Below are positions 25,841 through 37,905 of a stretch of DNA of 64,000 bases, piece after piece. The notes beneath the pieces were generated by a model. That model did no database searches and had not been told where the DNA came from. It worked only from the letters and a program-made list of their open reading frames with translations. Numbering within the stretch: position 1 is the stretch's first letter; every line of letters begins with the position of its first letter. The translations under genes were made by a program, and so were the position numbers. The stretch lies in NCBI GenBank assembly GCA_964016885.1, contig OZ024743.1, forward strand, positions 90,768,001 to 90,832,000. Reading direction: 5' to 3'. Origin of the DNA: Eledone cirrhosa (Eukaryota).

Positions 25841-28415
25841 TATAAACGTTAGAATATGTGTAATAAGGCCAAGACAATGCAGATATGGACATAGAAAAAG
25901 AATGCAATAGTGAGAGATATTGGTGAGAATTAGTCTTTCACCTTGAATTTATTTAAATGTCCTTAATTTTCGAGATAATATCTCTTCTTCGGAGGGAAGT
26001 AAAAGTCTCAGACCAGCGTCTAAATTTCCAATGAAGCCATGCTGACCGGAAATAGTATAGAGTTCTAACTTTAATATCAAAGAATTAAAATTAGGTGGGT
26101 AAAGAGTAGTCTCCCTTTAAGAGGGGTTTGTTTATGTTTTTGTTGTGTTATGTAAATTTTATATGCGTGCCTGTATATGTGTGTGGGAGAAAGCATGAAG
26201 GTGTAGGTATGTGTGTGTGTGTGAGTGTGGGAAGATAGGTCTAATCGTAAAAGTGGGGGGTAGGTGTTATCTGGTGTTAGAACTGGTTTTGTGTGTGTAT
26301 GTGTGAGAGAGAATAAGTGGGGGTGTGTGCGTGCGTGTGTGTGGGGTGTGTAAAGTGGGGCTAGAGGCCCTATCAGGTTATATCAACTACACCACTAGAA
26401 ATAGCAGACTGCCCACTTTCTACCACCTCATCAAGACCCACAAGAATAGCACTAAGACGCATATAAGACCCATCGTCTCTAGCATAGAAGGACCCCTATA
26501 CAAAATTTCCTGGCTTCTCTCCCAGGTCCTCAAGCCTCTACTCTCCACCTTCCCCGGACATGTCAGTAGCTCCGACGAAGTTATACGTAGATTACACCAA
26601 CTCCAGCCAGAACAACTTAAACTTAATAAATACGCTTTTAGCCTCGACGTTGTCTCCCTCTACACTACAGTCCCCGCTCACCCAGCTGTCGATTTATTGA
26701 CGGACTGCGTGGTCGCAGAGAACATCCACTGCTACGGCCTCCACCCGACGGACATACACCAACTTTTGTCCTTCACGGTAGACAACACGTACTTCACCTT
26801 CCACCACCACACATACAGACAGACAACAGGATTACCCATGGGATCCAGCCTCTCTGGCCTGCTGGCCATCACTTACATGAACCAGCTAGAATGCCGAGCC
26901 CTCAACACCTGCCATTCCCATGCCTTCTTCACCCGATATGTAGATGACATACTCATCCTTACATCATCCCGTGAAGAGGCAGAGAAAATATACACAACAT
27001 TCTCCAGCATGGACGCCAGTATAAAGTTCAGCATTGAACACCCCGATGACCGCGGATCCCTATCCCTGCTGGACTTCCAACTCAGGGTAACAGAGGAAGG
27101 CAACATCCACACCTGCTTCTATAAAAAATCCGCCAGCAGGGACCTGTTCGTACATTTCAGATCGGCCCTCCCACTCGGTGCCAAGTTCGGATACATAAAG
27201 AACGAACTGGCACGTATCAAGAACAAATGCACCGACGCCAGAGACCGAGACACACACACCACACATTTCCTGGAAGTACTCAAACTGAACGGATACACGA
27301 CATCCACCACAAACCGTGCCAGAAAGAACAGAGGACACCACACCCGAGGCACTAACACTTGCTTCCTGAAGCTCCCACACTTCAGTGAAGAAACAACAAC
27401 AGCCATCCGCAGAGCCATCAGACGAGAAGGTCTGGATATTCAACTGGCCCATTCGGGTCCTTCTTTGCGTGGACGGCTAGCTAAGAGACACTCCACCAGA
27501 CATGACAACTGCTGCAGACTAGCCAACTGCCCCATCAACGACACAGACCTATGCCACCAGGCTTACGTAGTTTACAGACTAGAGTGTGACAAATGCAACA
27601 ACTTCTACGTAGGTAGCACCACCAGACCACTCCACATAAGAATAAAAGAACACCTCAATACTAACGCTTCCTCATTTAAGAAACACCTAGTTAAATGCAA
27701 AAACACTGATAAAAACATAACAGTTAGGATAGAAACTAAAGAAAGAAACCTCGGTAATCTTAGAATCAAGGAAGCACTCATTATAGATAGAACACATCCA
27801 CCAATCAATAATAGACTAGAGCTCAACACCCAATTTATAACCTGATAGGGCCTCTAGCCCCACTTTACACACCCCACACACACGCACGCACACACCCCCA
27901 CTTATTCTCTCTCACACATACACACACAAAACCAGTTCTAACACCAGATAACACCTACCCCCCACTTTTACGATTAGACCTATCTTCCCACACTCACACA
28001 CACACACATACCTACACCTTCATGCTTTCTCCCACACACATATACAGGCACGCATATAAAATTTACATAACACAACAAAAACATAAACAAACCCCTCTTA
28101 AAGGGAGACTACTCTTTACCCACCTAATTTTAATTCTTTGATATTAAAGTTAGAACTCTATACTATTTCCGGTCAGCATGGCTTCATTGGAAATTTAGAC
28201 GCTGGTCTGAGACTTTTACTTCCCTCCGAAGAAGAGATATTATCTCGAAAATTAAGGACATTTAAATAAATTCAAGGTGAAAGACTAATTCTCACCAATA
28301 TCTCTCACTATTGCATTCTTTTTCTATGTCCATATCTGCATTGTCTTGGCCTTATTACACATATTCTAACGTTTATACCTCATTACACAATGCTTCAAGT
28401 GAACTATAACCTCCT

Positions 28416-28420
<5 letters not shown>
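25841..28420 (+). mobile_element. Young Penelope-like element with 542-bp inverted arms (25841-26382 / 27836-28377) and 43-bp tail
   Basis: The arms appear identical by eye, (TA)n lies on both sides, and an RT+GIY-YIG ORF lies between them. Confidence 0.93.
26383..27845 (+). CDS. 5'-truncated but uninterrupted PLE reverse transcriptase + GIY-YIG endonuclease
   Basis: Motifs LIKTHK, RPIVS, SLDVVSLYT, GLPMGSSLS, RYVDD, LLD, VVYRLECDKCNNFYVGST, RIKEH, IKEA, IN. The first ~19 codons of the called ORF come from the inverted arm. Confidence 0.9.
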
Positions 28421-28469
<49 letters not shown>

Positions 28470-28489
28470 CACACACACAACAAACAACC

Positions 28490-28984
<495 letters not shown>

Positions 28985-31900
28985 TCGAGTACAGATATCT
29001 TTGCATACACAATAAAAAAAATATAAACAAACGTATTTATTTCACGAGGCTCGATAAGAATAAATATATATAAAATATATAAGAACCCTAGAGCAAATCA
29101 CGAGCAACGCCGGGCCATTCTGCTAGTATGTAACTAATATAGAAAAAAAGATTGCTGACCTATGAAAAACCATAGGATATGTGACAATGCTCCTTACATG
29201 CAAACAAACACAAAAAAACTTCTCTCCTCACCAACAAAGAGTGAAAAATAAAATAGAGATGATGTTTGGTAACCAGAACTCTTCAATATACGCTGATCAC
29301 TCTCAAACAAGAATTGAGAGCTGTTAGTGAAAAACGCCGATATCTGAAGAAGGTAGATGAAAGAAAAGTGCTTAATAAAAGATTCAGACGAAACCAGCCT
29401 ATAGAGATATGAAGGGCAAAATAATAAGTGTCATTGAGGCTCCATCCCAGAAAGACATAGATTCCTTTTGGAGAAAAATATGGGGTGAAAAGAAGAATTT
29501 CAACCAAGATGCAGTGTGGCTAAAAGAAATCCAAAAGAACTATTGCTCCTACACTACAACAAAAACATACGAAATAAGTGAGGGTACCATTGAGACTGTG
29601 ATAGGAAAACTCCAAGATAAGAAAACACCAGGAATAGTTACCAGGGGTAGTTTTTTGCCAAGTGGGTGTCTTTGTTCTTGGGGACCAGTAATGTTTGTGC
29701 TAATGTCAACCATTCTGGTATAAGTGTATCTCCCTTAAGAACTTGCTGGTAGAGGTCGGTAAGATACCTCCAATAGAATATCAGTTTTTTGTACCAGTAG
29801 CCGACAAACAAAGACACCCACTTAGCAAAAAACTACAGACCCATTGCATGCCAGAACCTAATGTATAAGATGTATACAGCCAGCCTGAACCTATTCCTCC
29901 AAGATCACTGTGAAAATAATAACATCATCACAGATGAACAAGCAGCTGGAAAGAAAGGGGTTTGGGGAAGTGGTTTTAAAGGTAATGAAAATCAACACAA
30001 AATACCTGATTCATAAAAGAGATAGGTATGCAGGCAAAACACCTAGATGTGATAACTCCTAATCAACAAAACTGCGATGTCGGAGGTGCGACAACTTAGG
30101 AGGAATATGGCTACAGTCTGGCTGGACTACAGGAAAGCTTTCGATTCTGTTCCCCACTCTTGGATGATAGAGGCCCTCCGACTTGCTAAAGTCCCAGACA
30201 TTATTATCAGAGCCATAGAGAAGCTGCCTTCTTCTGGGGCTACTATCCTAAAGTTAAAGACAGAGAAGGAGGACTCTATTTTCACTGATAAAATAAAATA
30301 TCGCAGGGGTATATTTCAGAGAGACAGTCTCTCTGTGATATTATTCATCCTGTCATTAAACCCCTTGTCCCTTCTGCTCAAGAAATGTGAAGGATACATC
30401 ATTGGCTCACAGGAGGACAGAAATACGAACCTAACCCATAATTTCTTTGTGGATGATCTGAAACTCTATGCCAAGAACATGGATGAAGAAAAATCTTAAC
30501 CTGGTTACAACATTCTCAAAGGATATAGGAATGGAGTTTGGCCAAGGTAAATGCTCATATATGACTGTAAAGCGGGGGAAAAACAACAACCTAATCTAGC
30601 AACATTTGTATCAACGGCCTAACTGTTTCACCAATATCTGATGAGGACTGCTACAGATACCTGGGGATAGATGAGAGCATCCTATAATGGTATCTGTAAT
30701 AATGAACGCGTAGCCAGGGAATACTACACCCGATTAAGAAAGATATGGTCATCAGAACTCTCTGCGCAAAACAAAACAGTGGCTCACAATGTGTTTGCTG
30801 TGCCTGTCCTAACACCAACTTTTGGAATACTCAATTGGACGATAGACGAAACCCGAGCGATTGATGTTAGAACTCGAAAAATACTAAACAACACCGGAAA
30901 CTTCCACATCAACAGTGACATAGATCGCCCTTACTTGAAACGTAAGCAGGGAGGCAGAGGCCTAACATCAGTCCAGGCAGCATTTGAATGCCGCATCATA
31001 TCCCTCCGTCTCTCGAGCAAGTCTATCTGCATGAAATAGATAAGATCATGAGAGTTGGGAAGGAACTCCTCGAGAGATATTCTCTGTGTGATAATCAAAA
31101 ACTCACACCAAGGGAAGTCGCTCAGCAGAACCGCAGTGAATCCATGGATGAAAAATTGCATGCTTATCAGCAAAAAATAATGCATGGATATATTGCCAGG
31201 AAACTCCAGAGTAAGAATAATATAGATAAAGAAAGTAGTCTATCTTGGATCTACAACCGCTATATTGGCTCCCACTTTGAAGGATACGCTTTTGCAATCC
31301 AAGAACAGGAAATCAACACAAAATACCTGATTCATAAAAGAGATAGGTATGCAGGCAAAACACCTAGATGTGATAATAATTGCAGACTCTGCAGAATTAA
31401 CATCGAAGATGTCACCCATGTCATCAGCAGCTGTCCAAAGATGTCATCGTGATATTATCTACCTATGAGGCATGATGTAGTGGCGAAAACACTGTACAAT
31501 GCAATCAGTAGAAAATATAGCCCCGATAATAAACACATTAAAAGCTACAGCAATGTGGAAGACATCCATATACATAATATGAAAGAGTACTGGTGGAATG
31601 TTCCAATAAAATCCCTCCAATAAAATGCAGGCATAACAGACCAGATATTATGATATGGAACAGGGAAAAGAAGGCATGCACAGTAGTGGAAGTTAGCTGT
31701 CCAGCAGATGCCAATATAATATCAAAGATTAGCGAAAGGAGAATATTTATGCAGAACTGATGAGAAATCTGCAGATACTCCACCCTGATTATACCTTCAG
31801 ATTTATGCCTGTGATTATTGGGAAACTGGGATATGTTAGTAACTGCTTCAATACAAATCTTGAGAAGCTGGGCTTCACAGGAACAGAAAGAACACAACTA

Positions 31901-32198
31901 GTTAGGAAATTACAAGTACAATCCATTAATGGAACAGTAAAAGTATGTAAAACATTCCAAAAATTTTGCATCTAATAACTGCATATACACATGTACAGAT
32001 ACTAAGCATATACACATGCACACATACAACTCAAAACATCCACATCCACACATACAATAACATCCATATCTACACATGCAGACATACATATCTATCTAGT
32101 TGATGTTGTGTAAATTCCAATAGAGATAGACTTGTGTCTATGTTAGAAACCGAGTCTCTCTCTATTGGTAAAACTTTGTGAAATTATAAAACCAGAAG

Positions 32199-32286
<88 letters not shown>

Positions 32287-32504
32287 CATACAGGGGTCCG
32301 GGTAAATTTTCAATACCCGAATTACTTGATCGTTTTTTGGGCTATGCGAATGATTGTTAACCATCGTCTCAGTTTGTTTGACCTTTAACGTTTGTTATAG
32401 CTCTGGTTCATCTGAATCATTGAGCACTTGCCACACATCTCGGAGGTTGTTTTTCGTTATTTCGTGGGCCGAAATGCGAAATGCGAATCTCGATAATTTA
32501 TGTT

Positions 32505-32564
<60 letters not shown>

Positions 32565-32854
32565 TTAAGACTATACAGAGCATTGTAGTTTTTCCAAATT
32601 GAAGGATGAGTATTTTAAACTTTATTTTATTCTGAGTTAAGGCTCTATTGATTTTTCCCTGGATTTCACCAAATTCTGTGGATGAATCTTTATCCTGATT
32701 CTTTTTTAATTGAGTTTGAATTATTTCCCCACATCTTACGTTAACTATTTTTCCATTTTGACGCTATAGTCACTTATATATTATGGAATACTGTTGGCTT
32801 CTTGCTACAATAATTTCTATACTTTTCATTTATATATATATATATATATATGAA

Positions 32855-33105
32855 TACAACAGGAGGAAGCGTAATAATATCACTGATGATGTCACAGGTA
32901 TGTGCCGAAAGAACTCCGAGCGACTATATTTATATTTATATTTTTTAACTGTTGATTCATCAATAATAAACATTGATTGTCAACTGAATTATTTATTCAA
33001 ATATAGAAATATAAAATATAAAAGCAACCCAAACCAAACAATGAGTGTTTTATTATATATTTCTGGCAATATTATAACAACATGACCCTCTCCAAATATA
33101 AAAGT
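32855..33105 (+). mobile_element. Diverged relative of HHR family A
   Basis: tcaCTGATGAtgtcacaggtatgtgccGAAAgaactc, and the end caacatgaccctctccaaatata. Confidence 0.55.
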
Positions 33106-33697
33106 ATATATGAGAGTTTTCTTGTAAAATCCATAAGATATGTTTTAAGACAATGCTTACTGATTAATTTTGCCGTCTTAATTTATTAGTTAATTATCTT
33201 AATTAATATTTATTTCTTTGCCAAGTTAATCTAGGTAGAGTTGTTTATTTAGAGGTTTTGTGGATCTATTTCTAGCGTCCTTTTTTAACATCTGGCTTTA
33301 TACGCTAGACCTATTACTTTCAAGCTAAAAACTTGTGGAATATATTTATAATATTACCGCGTCATTTTGGGGTGTGATAGTTTTGCTGTTTAGTACACTG
33401 ACTTGCCCCAACCTTGTCCACCTACAACCACCATAGTAGTTCCCACTCTCCTGACCCCTGGCTTGCCAGAGCTAGCATTCGTATAGAATATGCTTGCCTG
33501 ATACTGAAATGTCAACATCTCTTCGTTGGCAGGTATATCAAATAAATACTTTATATTTATTTACATTTAAACCTGCCTGAAGACAACACATCGGTTAACT
33601 GTTGCATAACGACCTCTTGATCATTTGAAATGTACATAACGAGATGATGTAATGAAATATACTGATGCTGAATGTGATACCGTCTCTCTTCCTTTTC

Positions 33698-33729
<32 letters not shown>

Positions 33730-33733
<4 letters not shown>

Positions 33734-35410
33734 CAGCATGGCCTCAGCCGGATGGCTGGAACAGGTAATAGAGTATATAATGTAGTTGTTAAAAGCAAAA
33801 AACAAAAACAATAACGAAGAGTGCAGTACAAACAGTGTTAGTTTTAGGTTCACGCTTGAGAGTGGAAATGGCGGGATAACGTTTCGGGCATAAGCCCTTC
33901 ATCAGGAGAAAAGGGGGAAGGAAAAGAGTTCCAAGGGTGTGGGGAGGAGTGGTGGACAGACATTAAAAGGGAGGGGGTTTAAGGGGAAGGAAAAACAAAT
34001 TAAAAAGAGGGTAAAAAAATTAAAATGAAACAAGTGGTGAAATGGTGTAAGGCGTGTAGGGGTGGTGGTGGGTGGATGGAAGGGGGAGAGGGGTGAGGAG
34101 ACAGGGGGTCCGAGCGGTGAGGGTGGAAGGTGGTGTGTGTGTATGTGTGTAGGTGTACGTGTGTGTGTGTGTATGTGTGGATGTGAGTGTGAGAGTTTGG
34201 GAAAGAACAAGGTTCCATGTTCGAGTAATAGAAAAACCAGTGTGTACATGGGGTGGGGTTTAAGTCGGTGTGTGTGCGTGTGGATGGAGAGGGGTCAGAG
34301 GGGGTGGGGGAGAGGGGGCATGCGGTGTCCGGCGGCCGAATATGTGTATGTGAGGATATGCACGGGTGTGTGTTTTTGTGTGGTGTGGATACGTGGGAAC
34401 GAATGTTTGCGTATGTGCGAAAATAGTGTAAGTGTTTGTGTGTGTGTTCCTGAATGTTTTCCCGGTGAGTGTATGGACAAATGGTGAAAGAATCCGAGTA
34501 TAAGTAGGTGGATGTCTGTAGCGTATGACCAGTGGTGTAGAATCTGTGGAATGGTGCGGAGGAAGTAGAGAGTTGTGGGGTGCGCGCGCAACAGGAAGTG
34601 GTCAAGAAGGTCAAGGCAGGCGGTGGAGAAGGCAGGGCGAGGGATGCGAAAGAGAGGAGATAGCAGTTGGGAGGATGACAGACAGGTGAGTGGTAGGGAT
34701 GGTCTGTATGTGTGTGAGGAGGTGCTGGGTACAGAATGAGTGAGTGTAATGTACTGGTGTGTATGTGCATGTTTGGGTAGGAGTGTGTGTGGTAGGGAGG
34801 GTGTTAGTATTATTAGTGGTGGAGGGGTCTAATACGGTTGTGTGGGTGTGGAGTGAGTGATGTATCGGTGTGTACATGGGTGTGGGTGAGTGTATGTATG
34901 CTGGTGTGTGTGTGGAGAAGGGGAAAGTGGGTTGGGGGATGTTTAGTATTATTATTGGTGGGGTGGTCGAATGTAGATGTGTGGGTGGGCGTTAGTGGTG
35001 GTAGTAGGGTGTGTGGATAGTGTGAGTGAGTGTATATATATGTATTGGTGATTGTGTGCGTGTTGAGGGTGTGGGTGCGCGTGATATAGGGGGAGAGGGT
35101 GGGGGTTGTTAGTATTATTACTTGTGGGGTGGGCCAAGGGAGTGGGGGTGGCTGGAAGTGGAGAGGACGGTGAATCTTGGGAGTGCTTTAGTGGTGTTAG
35201 TAGGAGGTGTGTGTAGGGGAAGGGGAAGGTCGAAAGCTAAAGGAAGAGAGGTGGGGAGTTCAGACCGGGGGTGTGTGGGTCTGTAGGGTGAAGATGGTGT
35301 GTTGTTCGGCCCTAAGGCGGGTTGCGGGGGTCCCATGGCATTCGATCAGGCCACAGACGGTGAGGTTGTTGGTGGAGTGTCCAGGGGAACCAAAGTGGCG
35401 GGCGATCTTT
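33730..35410 (-). mobile_element. PLE 3' fragment: GIY-YIG C-terminus, long CA-rich UTR, HHR motif at 33876-33910
   Basis: IARHFGSPGHS...RLRAEQHTIFTLQTHTP, and CTGATGA a gggc ttat gccc GAAA cgtt on the minus strand. Confidence 0.8.
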
Positions 35411-36109
35411 GCTTTCCACCTTTCCGGGATAGATAGAATAAAGTAGCAGTCAAGTATGGGAGGGTCTATGTAATCGATTGAAACCACACCCACCAGTTTC
35501 TATGTTATAAATTAATATTGTACATCAACAGTCACGACAAAATTCATCCAGTCCACACTATAAAGTGGTTGTGTAGGTGTCGCAACAAAAAAGCAACCAG
35601 TCAACTCTGTTAAGTGGTCATGTAGGTCTCACAACAAAAAGTACCCAGAATTCACCGTAAATATGACTGGCATTAGGAAGAGCATCCAGCCATAGAAACC
35701 GGAGACGGAGGGCGTTGGAAAATCGGTAATGTTTCTAGTTGTCTCCTTTGATTTAAAAAAAACAAAACAGAATTAGTCATTTAGTTTACATATTGAGACC
35801 CCAAACCATCCTATTTATTTTATAACACAGGATTTCTAGTAATGTACTTTTTTTGTCATGTATAATGTTTTTTAATGTATAAAGAAAATTAACTGTCGCA
35901 GGAATGCTACCTCTTAAAATAAAATTTCGCCGAAGATAGATTAGCAAAATTTGATTAGCGGGAGGGGGCGGCTCATTATTCAAGACCCGACAGTAGATGT
36001 TTTTTACGTTATATACATATTTGTGTATATTTTAATTATTTAAAAATTATTTTTAATAGAACATGATTTTTAAATAATATTTTAAAGTAAACGTGATCCA
36101 ACGGGTCAT

Positions 36110-36300
36110 GGGTGGTCTGGCAGTATCGGTAGAGGGTCCGACACTATGCTTTGCAACAAAGGGTTACGGCCCTTTATGGTCTGAATTCAAATCCCGCCGA
36201 GGTTAACTTTGCCTTTCATCCTTACGGGGTCGATAAAATAAAGTACCAGTAATACACTGGAATAATTGCTGGCCTTGTGCCAAAAGTAGAAACAATTATT
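36110..36300 (+). mobile_element. tRNA-derived SINE
   Basis: Same family as 8879-9070. Confidence 0.9.
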
Positions 36301-36427
36301 TATATTTGTTCCAAGCTGTTGGCCTCAACAGGTCACGTATTGTGCTGTTAGTGCGCTCTAAGAAGAAGGCCATGTGTGTACTAGTGAATTGAAGTGTATG
36401 TGATGTATTAATGTGGTGTGGTAAATA

Positions 36428-36631
36428 AATATATACATATACACCAGGTCCGAACACAAAGGAACCAAACTCCCACTGTCTCTGCTGCCTCTGTCTCTTC
36501 CACTCTCACCATCTCTCACTAATATATACATATATACCAGGTCCGAACACAAACGAACCAAACTCCCACTGTCTCTGCTGCTTCTGTCTCTCTTGCTTTC
36601 CCCATCTCTCACTAATATATACATATACACC
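36428..36631. repeat. 93-bp tandem repeat, about 2.2 copies
   Basis: aatatatacatata recurs at 36428, 36521 and 36614. Confidence 0.85.
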
Positions 36632-36763
36632 AAAACTCACTTTCTAATGTATATTGAAAATAATTGGGAATTAGCGATTTGTTTTCGTTCCTAGGGGAGG
36701 CTACTCTACAAAAATATACTATATATATAAGATGCTTGAAAAGAAGAGTTACATATTCTAGAT

Positions 36764-36975
36764 CAGGCATGTCAAACTGAGGGTCACCTATGTGTTGTCT
36801 GAGGGCCACATACGACAACAAATTGCGCACATTACAACTAATTTTTTTCTTTTTATATCACGAAGATGAAACATGCCCACGCTGTAAAAACCTTTGTGCG
36901 GGCCGCAGGTGTGCTTGTAAAGGGCCACAGGTGTGCTTGTAAAGGGCCGCAGGTGTGCTTGTAAAGGGCCGCATG
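36764..36975 (+). mobile_element. hAT-like MITE fragment with 22-bp internal tandem repeat (3 copies)
   Basis: It begins caggcatgtcaaact, and gggccgcaggtgtgcttgtaaa is repeated at 36900-36972. No matching right TIR was seen. Confidence 0.45.
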
Positions 36976-37383
36976 ACTTAATTAATTGAAGATAGTTTAT
37001 TCTTCTTCTATTCTTTTACTTTTGCTTATATTTATTTTTTTAATGTTTGGTACTTATCAATCACTTTTTGTCGAACCTCTAAGTTATGGGACACAGACAC
37101 AAACGTAAACACATACAATAATGTAAATACACACACATATACATTCACACACACACACATATATAGACTCACACACATACACACATACTTACAAACACAG
37201 TAGATTTTTACCCTGGATACGGATACTACTTGAATCCTACTAGAAGTTCTGACCGGATATTTCATTTGATCAAGGGACATTTCTCTCTGATATTTACACT
37301 CCCCCCCACACACACAAACACATACACACACACAAACACGCACAGACTCACACACACATACACACAAATACTCACAGACGCAT

Positions 37384-37414
<31 letters not shown>

Positions 37415-37489
37415 CAAACACACACAGAGACACAGATACACGCACTCAGACACACACACATACACAAAGAGACACACATACGACCAAAG

Positions 37490-37582
<93 letters not shown>

Positions 37583-37685
37583 AAGACACACTGATACATA
37601 TATAGACATATGTAGGACTAAATACGAGGACTTTAGAAACAGATGGAATAAATATTCTCGATGCAGAAATCGCTATAATATAAAT

Positions 37686-37862
37686 AATTGTTTCTACTTT
37701 TGACACAAGGCCAGCAATTATCCCAGTGTATTACTGGTACTTTATTTTATCGACCCCGTAAGGATGAAAGGCAAAGTTAACCTCGGCAGGATTTGAACTC
37801 AGAACGCAAAGGGCCATAAGTCTATGCTACAAAGCATGGCGTCAATTGCCAATTCACCGCCA
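37686..37862 (-). mobile_element. tRNA-derived SINE
   Basis: Reverse complement of the 8879 family. Confidence 0.88.
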
Positions 37863-37905
37863 TACAATGAGTATAATGTATATAATGTGAGAGTATTTGG
37901 TGTTT

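Noticed and set aside
26325-26382. Called start of the 506-aa PLE ORF
   Set aside because: These codons belong to the inverted 3' arm. The true N-terminus is missing, so this copy is not autonomous.
32289-32505. Possible DNA transposon end (TA-caggggtccggg)
   Set aside because: No matching second TIR or transposase sequence was found.
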